From assembly GCA_040285825.1 (NCBI GenBank), contig JAUPSS010000001.1, forward strand, positions 248,001-312,000: 64,000 bases of DNA, in the 5' to 3' direction. Positions 44,998 through 55,699 of this stretch are shown here, piece by piece. The notes under the pieces are model-generated. The model was given only the letters and a program-made list of their open reading frames with translations, ran no database searches and had not been told where the DNA came from. The number at the start of each line of letters is the position of its first letter. Position 1 is the first letter of the stretch. This DNA is from Eukaryota sp. TZLM1-RC (lineage: Eukaryota > Protista > Metamonada: BaSk clade). The position numbers were made by a program, and so were the translations under genes.

Positions 44998-47312
44998 AAA
45001 GCTCCTGGGCCATCTTTGTTGAATTTTGACATGATGAAATCAGCTGTTGGACAGTGTCCTGAAATTGCCGATGATCTTGTTCTTTTTTTCAACAATCTTC
45101 TTACGTTAAAAATTAAAGTCCCTTTTGAGATGACCAGTGCTCGCTTAATTGCCCTCAAAAAAAGTCAATCCAAAATCCGTCCAATTGCAATTGGAGAATC
45201 GTTTTCAAGAATTCTTGCGTCTCTTGTTTCCAATGAATTGGGAAAAAAGCCAAGGAATTTTTCAGTCCATTTCAATTTGGAATGAAGACAATTGATGGTG
45301 CTTCTTCTGCTGCTCTTTCGTCGGATCTGTTTTTTAATTCTAGTGATTCTAACTACATCTTCAATTTAGATTTTAAGAATGCTTTCAATTCTGTATCTCG
45401 TTATTCCATTTTACCTTTGCTGCGAAAGCATTTTCCTCAAGTTGAGCCTTTTTTCTATTCATTTTATGGAAAATCATCCACATTGGTCTATGAAAACTTT
45501 GACCTGCTTTCATCTTCTGGTGTTAAACAAGGTGATCCACTTGGTCTTTTTTTCTTTTGTCTGGCAATTCATCCATTAATGTGCGAATTAAAAGAAAAAT
45601 TCCCAGAAATAGATATTGTAGCATATATGGATGACATTTCTGTAATTGCTCCTATCACAATTCTGAAACAAATAGCAACTTTTATTCAACAGCGTTATGA
45701 AGATATTGGTCTCTCATTGAATATCTCCAAATATTTGATTATTGGCCATGAACCAATTGATTTTTTCATTAATGATGTCAATGTCCCCTTTATCAATTAT
45801 GATCAGTCTGGTTTTGGTTTTTTGGGTTGTTATCTCGGAAATATTGATGAAGTCAATGCCAACTTTCGACTCTGTTGACTCAATTTGGAAATGAATTAGA
45901 ATCAATAGAAAATTTAAATATTGAGAAACATTTAAAATTCTTTTTCCTAAAAATCTGTTATTCTGGAAAATTTACTCATATTTTGAGATCAACATCACCA
46001 TCAAATTCTTTGGAGTTTTGTCGCATTTTTAATGAACAAAGAACCAATTTTTAGCAAAATTATTGGAAATTGATGCATCTCAGTTACGAAGCCACATTTT
46101 TAGTCGTACAAATTTTGGTGGTGTTGATTTTCATAAATCAAGCTACCTTTGTAAAGCTGCCTTTATTGGAGGTGGAAAGAATTTTATTTATGAATTTGTG
46201 AATCGTTTTCCTGAAAAAATTCATTTCATTGAAAATTGTGGCAGCTCTTATCTTATTTCTTTGCAACAGGAAATTGAAACTCTTTCACCCAATATTTGGG
46301 CTAAATGTTTCCCCTCTGATATTGTGGAACTTCCTTCAAGAAGCTTGCTCTCCTTACCACTGACTTTTGCCAAATTGCAGAAAAAAATCTTGAAAGTTTT
46401 AGAAAACTTGGATTATATTGTACGTCTTAGCTTGGCTAAGGAAAAAAATCCCGTTTTTGCAAACTTTTTGATTGATCTTGAAGACAGTTGCTCAAGTTGC
46501 CTAATCTCCCAAATTCCCAACATTTATGGCCTTCTACTTAATGATCACCAATGGACCACTGCAATGAGAATGAGATGTTTTCTATGGTCTTGTTCATTAC
46601 CAAATGAATTAATTTGTCGCTGCTAGAGTGTTGTTACGCTTTTCCATATTTTAAACTGTAAGTATTTTATAACTTATCGCTCAATTGTTCATGACTCAGT
46701 TCGTGATCAATTGTATGCCATGTGCAAAAGTTTCAATATAGAGGCATTTATTGAGCCACTAGTACGTAAGCTGTCTTCAGATCAAACGGATGATTCCTTT
46801 GGTAAACGAAGGGCAGATTTAGTAGCTCCAGGGATCGATGGTGTTCTCAATGTTGTAGATGTTGTCTCAGTTGATGTTTGCTAAAATTCTGCTGCTCGTT
46901 TAGTGTATTCCGCTGATTCGCCGTTATCTAACGCCGAAAAAAAGAAGATAAAAAATTATGAAGAACCTTTGGCACAGTTAGGTAGAGTGGAACATGTGAA
47001 ATATCAGTTTGTGCCGTTTGCAATTTCTCTTTTTGGCAATATTGGACCTTCAGGGTTGCACTTTTTTGAAAATTTTAAATAAGTGTTACTGAATAGGTCT
47101 GGTAAAACAATGAACTCCACTTTCTGGATAAATAGAATTGCTTTTTGCATTTTCAAGTCTATTCTAACAATGATTTCAAAGGCACTTTTAGCTATTGGTG
47201 TAGAATATGAACGTAATGCTGTGAGTAGGTTCAGTAATAGTGACGCTTGTTTGGAGGATATTGAATTCTAGATGGGTTTTTGTATCTCAATAAATATTCC
47301 AGTTTTAGAAAA
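44998..47312 (+). mobile_element. 5'-truncated RLE non-LTR retrotransposon (RT, zinc knuckle, restriction-like endonuclease), degenerate
   Basis: IRPIAIGE, LDFKNAFN, QGDPLG, YMDD, GGVDF, C.C...H.LNC, HDSVRDQ, KRRADL...VVDV and K.K.Y, ending with AATAAA and an A-run. Confidence 0.9.
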
Positions 47313-48925
47313 AAAATTGGTCTCCGACTTATATTAAATGTGTTTTGTTATCGAATTCTCCAGTTTCCACAATGGTTGATGGTATTGAAATTCAAGCCAA
47401 ATTATATTCAATTGATGCTATTCGTCATTTGGGTTCGTTTTTAGGAAATAATGATGAAATTACCAAAAAATTGTTTGAAAAGTTGAACTCAATTTCTGAC
47501 AAAATTGACCGAAAGATGAATTTAGATATAAAAAACACATCAAATTTACCATTATAAGACTGTGTTTTAGTTCCAATTTTAATATTTCGATCTTCAAATC
47601 ATCTCGTCACTATACCTTTGGCTCAGAAGTTTAATGAGTTACATGCAAAAGTTCTGTCTCAATTACTGGGATGTAAAATGTTTCAAATTCCAGATTATGC
47701 TTACCTTAGTCCACATTATGGCGGTTTAGGGTGGACGAAGGCTTCTATTCTTACCTCGTGTTCTTTTGTTGGTGGATGCAGAAATGCAATCTTTGAGTTT
47801 TCCGAAAGATTTGCAGATTGGGAAGATTTATTGATGACAACGCAAAGTTCCACTGTTTTTGCATTAAATGAAGAAATTTCAAAAATTGATGCAGAAAAAT
47901 GGGGTCGATGTTTTCCCCAATCATTCAATGGCAATATTCCAGAAAAGAATGTTTTAAATTTGAAGTACACTCTTCGAACATTACAGAAACGATTGACTGG
48001 AATGTATGAAAAAGATCTTTATAATAATGTATGCAGCTCGGCTGTTTTAAATCAAGATCTTCACTCATTGTTATTGGAAAAGGGTGTTTGCGAAAACAAG
48101 TCATCAGATTCTACACTTTTTGTAACCATTGTACCACGAAGAATATGATTGTGTGCCACTAATGAAGCATTTGTAACAAAAATGAGATTATATTTGAATA
48201 TCCCCATTAATCAATTATTGTCAAAAGAAAAATGTATTTGTTCGAATTCACCTCAACTCACTTTGCGCCATGCTCTGAATTGCTCTAAATTGATAACTTA
48301 TCGTTCTTCATTACATGATGCTGTTGGAGACACTGTTTTCAATATGGCACAAACTGCAAAGATATCGTGTATCAAAGAGCCCCTGCTGAAGGAAACACTT
48401 TCTCTGAATAATTTTGGTTCTGATGATAGAGGTGATGTATACTGTGATTGGATTGATAATTCTGAAGTTATTGTTGACTTTGTCTCATGTAATGTTGCAA
48501 ATGATACTTTGGTTCACAGAAGAAAACTTAATCCTGTGGCTGCTCTGGATTTTAAAGCAAAAGAGAAACATAGAAAATATAATAAAGATATTGAAGAGGC
48601 TAATGTCGATAGAAATACACAGCTGGTTTTTATTGCATTCCCATTTTCGATAAATGGAAGAATATCAGTTGAAGCAGAAACCTTTTCGGATGAGTTCCAA
48701 AAAATGGTGCAAGAAAAAACAATGAAAAGATTTGATATATTTTTATGGCGTTCACGGATTCAATTTGCCATTATTAACAGATTACCACGGTTTTTCAATC
48801 GAATAAGAGAAGCTTTGGCTAGACAGCAAGCAGATCAAGATTTTGTAGAGGAAATCTTGGTTCAATGATAGTCGTCCCATTAGTATTGAGTTAAATTAAT
48901 TAAGTGTGCAAATTCAATAAATACC
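47313..48925 (+). mobile_element. 3' half of an RLE non-LTR retrotransposon (possibly the continuation of 44150-44997)
   Basis: RHLGSFLG, YGGLGW, CIC...HALNC, HDAVGD, RGDVY, KEKHRKY and a terminal AATAAA. Confidence 0.88.
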
Positions 48926-50049
48926 AAGATAATTGGGCAGATATTCGTGGTAATATAAAATTACGTTCATAACAAGACTGTAAATACAGCTTTAAGCAAC
49001 AAGTGGTGTGAATACGTAGCTGTTGAAATTTTACAGCAGTTTCTCTCAATTTGAATATCACATTTGAATGTTTAACCATTGAGTTAACGGTTGCTCGAAT
49101 GGTTTTATCAGATCATAAAATTAATTTGTCTTTTCTGAAACAGCACGAAAAATTTCAGAAAAAGGATACAATCATGAAGCCCGTATTGAATCGAATTTTG
49201 TATCAGAGGAGAAGTAGCTTAACAATCAATTGGCAAAATATGAGAAAACTCCTGATGAAGATCGATTTTCGTTTCATTTATCATTTTATATGCCAGATTG
49301 CCTAATCCATGTCCGTATTGTATTTTAATAAATTTTCTGGCAAATACCAAAGTATCTAAAAGAAAAATGCCATTTTCCTTGATGAAAACTTCTCTCCATC
49401 TTGGTGAAAGTTTATTGAGTACATCAATTGCTCTATCATCTGGACAGTGGGAAATGGTAAATCAAAATAATATAATCTATTTTTTAAAACCTGTAAATCA
49501 AACTGCATTAAATTGTGATTAAGAAAACAATGGGGTTGATGATTACCAATAATGTTTAGGAACCTACGAAGCAAGGTTTTTTCCTCAGTGAATATTTCTG
49601 TCTGAACATCCATATCAATGTCTGGTTATCTGATTTGAGGACTCATTCTCAATATAAGGGAATATTTACTCTCCAAGTATAAATTATGGCGATCAAACTT
49701 ACCAGCAACAATCGAAATTAAAAACACTTTTTGATCTGAAATCCACTCACCTTTTTGCTCATCAGTTTTCTTTTTCAAAAGATTTGCACCCTCCTTTCTC
49801 TTTTTGTTGATAATCTCGTCAGGAGGGAGAAATTGGCCATCATGATTTTGATAAAGATGACCATCCTGTTAGGTTTCAAGATCAAAGCACATAACAATGG
49901 GGAGATTTTGATTTGAGGTCATTGATTTGCATTGAATCAATGGATCATGCTTGAAGCCACTACGACTTGGCTCAATTTTTCTAACCATACTCAGTTCCAA
50001 TGGTTTTTATGTCAAAATAATCAAACTTAACATTATCAGAATAACAATT

Positions 50050-50320
50050 TAAGACACAACATCCCATATCTAAAGTGCCAGAATCTAAACCACAAAAATG
50101 AACAAACTCATCAACATCAAAACATCAATGCAAAACAAAACATAAACAAAAGAAACATCCCACGTCTACAGTCCAAGTACGTCAATTACAAAAAGCAACA
50201 AACTGAAAAACATCAAGACAACAATTCAAAACAAAACACAAACAAGAAAAACATCCCATATTCAAAGTGCAAGTACCTAAACCAAAAACATCAACAAAAT
50301 CAAAAACATCAATAGAACAT
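50050..50320 (-). repeat. Degenerate tandem repeats (AACATCCCATAT..AAAGTGC units), related to 10450-10570
   Basis: Three to four imperfect units, A/C-rich on the + strand. Confidence 0.6.
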
Positions 50321-50384
50321 TCCACATTTTTTTTAAGAAATTTTGAAATTTATTTTCAACGTTGACAAAACATTAAACAAAAAA

Positions 50385-51030
50385 CTAGAACTCAATATCC
50401 TCAATACACGCATCAACATCATCAAATCTTTTCAGCGCGCGATTTTCATACTCTATTCCCAATTGTAACAGTGCTTTGGTCAACATTTCTGGAATTGCTT
50501 TAAGAATACTAAACACAATTCTATTATGCCAGAAATTGAAGTTCAATTCTTTTCCTGCTCTTTCTTTTATTAAACTTCTGAATCCTTCAAGAAATTTAAT
50601 GCCAGATATTCCAATGTTACCAAAAAGAGAAACAGCAAATGGAACCAACTGATACTTGACATGCTCAACACGTCCTAGCTGAGATAAGGGTTCATTGTAC
50701 TTTTTGATTTTGCTCTTTTCAGCAAAGCAAAGTGGAGTTTCATCTCTTATAGCAAAATCAATTGCTGAGTCTTTACAAACATCAACAGTGACAACATCAA
50801 CAACTTTAATAACACCATCAGACGCAGGGGTAATTAAATCAGCACGGCGTTTCCCAAAAGTATTTTCATCTTCATTTTCAGATGACAACCTTCGCACAAG
50901 TGGTTCAACAAAAGCTTCAATGTGATGACTTTTTCACATAGCGTATAGTTGGTCTCTAACAGCATCGTGAACAACTGAGCGATATGTAATATTAAATTTG
51001 CAATTAAATAAATGATTCAGATTAATAACC
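50385..51030 (-). mobile_element. RLE non-LTR retrotransposon 3' fragment with an intact endonuclease segment
   Basis: HLFNCK, HDAVRDQLYAM, KRRADLITP...VVDVVTVD, AEKSKIKKY and VPFAVSLFG. Confidence 0.88.
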
Positions 51031-51460
51031 ACATCCAAGGGGATTAGCACCATGTCTGATTCAACAGCACCCATATCATGACTCACATGATGACTGAAAA
51101 AAGTGCAATGCTCTACCCCCACGGAAGGATCAGAACGACTATTCCAATAGGAAATCGAGGCTCTGACCATCCGTTTATTCCTGTAGATCAGGATGACTGT
51201 TCCCGACTGAAGAGTTCGGGAAGAAGTACTCTGTTGTTCTTTGAAGAACAGGTTGAAGGAGGAGGTGGGAATTGAGTCCGTAACCTCGTTATCCTTTTTC
51301 TCCTTTTGGTGCATGATGTCAGAAGAATGGAAAGAGTCAAGATAATCTCGATGTCTGACATGCTGATTGCAATTTCAAATTGATTGCAAATTTCCACAAT
51401 GGTATCAAATGCCTATCCACTGTATCTCTATTAGTGGTCATCAACATCAGCTCGATTTAC
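51030..51460 (-). repeat. Dispersed repeat fragment (second copy of 10164-10455)
   Basis: The ORF translations MEICNQFEIAISMSDI and VEHCTFFSHHVSHDMGAVESDMVLI are shared with 10225-10575. Confidence 0.8.
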
Positions 51461-51688
51461 CCTCTAGCTGTTCTGGTCGTTGTTACTCCGTCTAAACTCT
51501 ATGTTCTTTTCCAGTTTCCTTCTCCTTCACTTACCTCTTGTTCTCTTCCCGTTCAGCTATTTCAACAATTCTCCCTTCCTCTATCCCTCTCTGTTTCGAT
51601 GGGACCCAAACAAATGCTTGTATGACCCCAGAATCAACAAAATTAATAATTGAGTAGATGGTCTATTGATTTCAGACGTCTCAAATTC

Positions 51689-52462
51689 ATGGACCACAAT
51701 GATGTTGAGTCCCCACACCTAGACCTAGTTGGATGTTTCACTTACAAAATACGAACTTATCAACTTTCTCTAAGAACCTTAGTAAACAAAGAGATCGTAA
51801 TTATTTGCTCATTTGCTCTTTCTTGCCTTCAAATGCTGTTTATATTCCATCCAAATTCTCTTACTTTGTTTAGAATCTTCTTGCTTCCTGTATTTTATCA
51901 ATTTTTCACAACTGCTCACTACTATTACTCCATCTTAATTATGTTTATTCTGGCAATAACGGATTTTTTTGATGGTGTTATTGCACGAAGGTTTTCCTTG
52001 CAAACAGAATTCGGAGCATGGCTCGACCCCTTTGCGGACAAGCTTTGCTCAATAGCTATTGGGCTTGCTTATCTTCGAACCAAAGATCTTCCAATGGTAC
52101 TGGTAGCAACAGTGTTGACACGCGACCTTGTTTTAATGACAGGAATTGCTTATTTCAAATTAAGGAGAGTGAATTTAAGAATGCAACCCACTTTTTCATC
52201 TAAAACACTTACAAGTTTGATGATGTTACTTTGGGGTTTAATTTTATTACGGAAATGCAAAATCTTGTATCTTCAGTTTTTGGAACCCCTACTCCAATTG
52301 ATTTGTCTGGTGTTGGTTTTCTGGACTTCTTATCAATATTACTTAGTTGCTTACTCTATTCAGACACAGTTGAACTTGAGAAAACATGTCAAATCTTGTA
52401 ATAAAGTACTGAACACACTACACCAGCAACCAATGGTTGTACAAAGGAAGAGAACAACATAG
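51689..52462 (+). CDS. CDP-alcohol phosphatidyltransferase (PgsA/cardiolipin-synthase-like)
   Basis: HPNSLTLFRI and the signature DFFDGVIARR....T.FGAWLDPFADK. The start is uncertain (51689 or ~51832). Confidence 0.85.
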   Translation: MDHNDVESPHLDLVGCFTYKIRTYQLSLRTLVNKEIVIICSFALSCLQMLFIFHPNSLTLFRIFLLPVFYQFFTTAHYYYSILIMFILAITDFFDGVIARRFSLQTEFGAWLDPFADKLCSIAIGLAYLRTKDLPMVLVATVLTRDLVLMTGIAYFKLRRVNLRMQPTFSSKTLTSLMMLLWGLILLRKCKILYLQFLEPLLQLICLVLVFWTSYQYYLVAYSIQTQLNLRKHVKSCNKVLNTLHQQPMVVQRKRTT

Positions 52463-53013
52463 AATAGGATAACAAATTGTAAAAAATTCAATGATTAACT
52501 TTGTTTCGGTCAATAAATGCACTGGAATTAAACAAATCATAAGATTGAAGTTTTGAAATGAGCACAAACCCTCTGTATCGGTATATCAAAGACACTTATT
52601 TCATTGTTATAGACGATATCTGTACGAATGACCAAAAGTGCAGTTGTGGTACGAATTAATTACTTTTTAAAGTTTTGAAAATAGATCAAAAATGAAACTC
52701 TATTTCAATAACCCAACAACATTGTATTCCGCAACACTCACGTTAAGTCATGCTCTCAATTGGTCTCAAATGATAACTCAATCTTTACTTTCCATTCATA
52801 GCTAACAAAACAATGAGTCAAAGCAGTGAATTTGGTGTTTACTGGGAAAGTGGTGTTGAGAGTACACTACACATGTATAAGATTACCCATTCCCCATATA
52901 ATCATGTTATTTAGAAAAATGGAATTGCAAAGGTAGAAGTGATTTTGAGGTCAAAAATATGATGCATTTTTTGAGTTCCCAATAACCTTACATTATAACT
53001 ATATCTTCCTGCA

Positions 53014-54591
53014 ATGATTCGGAGCATTGCAGCACCCAATTCAGTCAAAGTTTATCATGTCACTGCTGGTAAAATCATACCTCAATTTGCACGTGAAACA
53101 CGTTCGAACGTATATCGCAAGGATGAGGGATATCGGAGGCGTGTAGATCTTCTTCAGGACTTTAACTTTCCTACAGCATCAAGCTGCATTAAATTAACAA
53201 AAGATGGAAAACATCTTCTTGCAGCTGGCACCTACCCTCCACAAATCAGGACATGGGAATTAGATCAGCTTTCCTTGAAATTCCAACGTAACCTAGATCA
53301 CGAAGTCCTCACCTTTGAGACACTTGACCATGACTGGAAGAAACTAGCCATCCTCCGTGAAGACAGGTTTGTTGAGTTCCATTCACAGGGGGGTTACCAT
53401 TTCAGAACAAGAGTACCTAGACCAGGAAGAGATATAACCTACCACCAGCACTCATGCGACTTACTTGTAGTAGGTTCTTCATCTGACTTGTACAGACTGA
53501 ACTTGGAAGAAGGGCGCTTTATGTCACCAATAACCACCACTTCAAATGCCCTGAATGTGGTCAAGGTCTTTCCTGCACATCAATTAATTTTGACCGGATC
53601 AGAGGATGGTTTTGTTCATGGTTTTGATCCTCGCGACCACTCAAAGTTGAACTCTCTCTGTGTTGAGCCCAATGAAGAAATCTCCTCAATGGCGTGCCAC
53701 TCTGATGGTATTCATCTCTCAGTTGGTACTTCCACTGGTAATGTTTATCTTTACGATCTTCGGTCCAGAAATTACATTTTCAAAAAGGATATGAGGTATG
53801 ATTGTGCCATTCACTCTGTTGGGTTCTATAAGGACTACACCATTGCTGCAGATATTAATGTGGTTCGACTGTATGACAAAACTGGTGTCCAATACACAGC
53901 ATGGGAGCCACCTGTCGCCACGTCATCTCTTACTTTTCACGAGGATAATGGATTGTTTCTGTTTTCTGCTGAACAAGAGCGATGTATGGCTTTCTTCGTT
54001 CCTTCACTAGGCCCTGCTCCTTCTTGGTGTTCCTTCCTTGATAACATTACTGAAGAAATGGAAGAGAATTCAGAGGAAGTCTTTTATGATGATTACAAGT
54101 TTGTCACCAAGGAAGAACTTTCTGAATTGGGCATGGATAGGCTAGTGGGCACTTCTTCGGTCAAAAGCTATTTACATGGATTTTATGTCGATATGAAGTT
54201 ATACAGAAAGGCTCAGGCCATTATGGGTTCAGCTAGTACCAATGTTGATAAGGAAGTGGAGAAACAAGAAAAGAAGCAATTATCTGTCGGAAAGAAGGTT
54301 GTAGCAGGGTTTGATGATCGTTTTGCTGATGCGTTTAATGATGAAGACTTCAAAATTGATGAAAATTCAGAGGAATTCATAAGAAAAAGGTCAAAAAAGA
54401 GTCGAAATACAGAGAATAGCAAGTTTAGTGGTCACAAAAGCAAACAACACAATGGACCTAAGCAACCAAGTAACAAACCACCAAATTCGGATAATAAGTC
54501 GGTTTATTCTGTCATTCAGTCAGCTGCCTTGTCCAAAACCAGTGAGTCGGAGCGCAATCTTCCATTAAAGGATCGGTTAAAAAAGAATTAG
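53014..54591 (+). CDS. NOL10: Nucleolar protein 10 / Enp2 (WD40, 40S biogenesis)
   Basis: RRVDLLQDFNFP, GTYPPQI, LGPAPSWCSFLDNITEEMEE, YDDYKFVT, YLHGFYVD.KLY and the NUC153-like DDRFA.AF.DEDFKID. Confidence 0.93.
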   Translation: MIRSIAAPNSVKVYHVTAGKIIPQFARETRSNVYRKDEGYRRRVDLLQDFNFPTASSCIKLTKDGKHLLAAGTYPPQIRTWELDQLSLKFQRNLDHEVLTFETLDHDWKKLAILREDRFVEFHSQGGYHFRTRVPRPGRDITYHQHSCDLLVVGSSSDLYRLNLEEGRFMSPITTTSNALNVVKVFPAHQLILTGSEDGFVHGFDPRDHSKLNSLCVEPNEEISSMACHSDGIHLSVGTSTGNVYLYDLRSRNYIFKKDMRYDCAIHSVGFYKDYTIAADINVVRLYDKTGVQYTAWEPPVATSSLTFHEDNGLFLFSAEQERCMAFFVPSLGPAPSWCSFLDNITEEMEENSEEVFYDDYKFVTKEELSELGMDRLVGTSSVKSYLHGFYVDMKLYRKAQAIMGSASTNVDKEVEKQEKKQLSVGKKVVAGFDDRFADAFNDEDFKIDENSEEFIRKRSKKSRNTENSKFSGHKSKQHNGPKQPSNKPPNSDNKSVYSVIQSAALSKTSESERNLPLKDRLKKN

Positions 54592-55106
54592 TGTTAGTAT
54601 TTTTTAGTTTTAAAATTAGTTATTTTCGTTTTATTTAAAGGGTTTTTGGTCATTAATTTTTAGCATATTTATTTCTCTTTGAGCAGCTTATAAAATTAGA
54701 TCTTCATTTTTGGTGCCACATTTTATGGCTGACCACATTTTGTCCTTTTCAGAAATGTATCTTTCAGTTTGAGTCTAAAACTCATCAATATTGCATTGAC
54801 TCAAAGTGAAAACTTGCGTTTCCCATTTAAGTTTACCAATAAGCTTTCAATATATGTTGAATTGATTGATACAAATAGTACTATTTCAAACCAATATTCT
54901 TTCTAATCTTGAATCGTACTTTCAATAAAAATTCTAAAGTTTTAAAATTAATGTTTCGTTAAACTCTTATTATGTGAGAACATTCTTTCCTTTTCGACAG
55001 ATTCAAAATCTAAAGTTGTTTTAAATGAATAGGAACCAGAAATTGTTGTTTCAGTGATGAAAATCTCTTATCATTGAATTGATTGGGTCTTTCGTGGACC
55101 TATTAT

Positions 55107-55224
55107 CAAGGCTGTGTAAAATTGAATTGGCGATTAATTGGTCGACCAAAATTCATACCAATCAATAATTGCAATGAATTTATTGGCAATAACTGAATTG
55201 ACACTTCAATTTTACACAGCCCTG
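55107..55224. mobile_element. 118-bp hAT-type MITE
   Basis: 20-bp TIR CA(A/G)GGCTGTGTAAAATTGAA with one mismatch, and a perfect 8-bp TSD CCTATTAT (55099-55106 and 55225-55232). Confidence 0.92.
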
Positions 55225-55699
55225 CCTATTATTGTTGATTTCAAGAAAGTGTCTGATTTCTGGAATAAAATGAAACTTCTCTTTGAACTTAAGAAGGTTT
55301 AATACAAGGAATTCTTTTTTAGAGAGATTTATACAAGAAAATGCCTTAGTAGCACTTGATAGATCCACTTAGATACACCAAGTTGCGAGGCTTTGTTCTG
55401 TGAAAGCAGTAGGTGTATTGAAGTGAGATAGCCCATTGATGAAGATCATGATTGTCTTTGTCAAATGACCTTACATGTCTTTTTCAGTCTGTAAGTAGAC
55501 ATTGAGAAAATTGAAAAGAGGAGTGAATTTCACAGAGGAATGCATGATAAGTGAAATTCACAGTTCTTCCTCTATATTTTTTGTGAAAATGTCCAATCCA
55601 ACAGACAGATTTTATGGTACAGCATCAATCTGGATTCAGTGTCTTTACTTTGTGGCAAATTTCTGAACCAGAAGTCAGATATCATTCAACGGATTCGGC

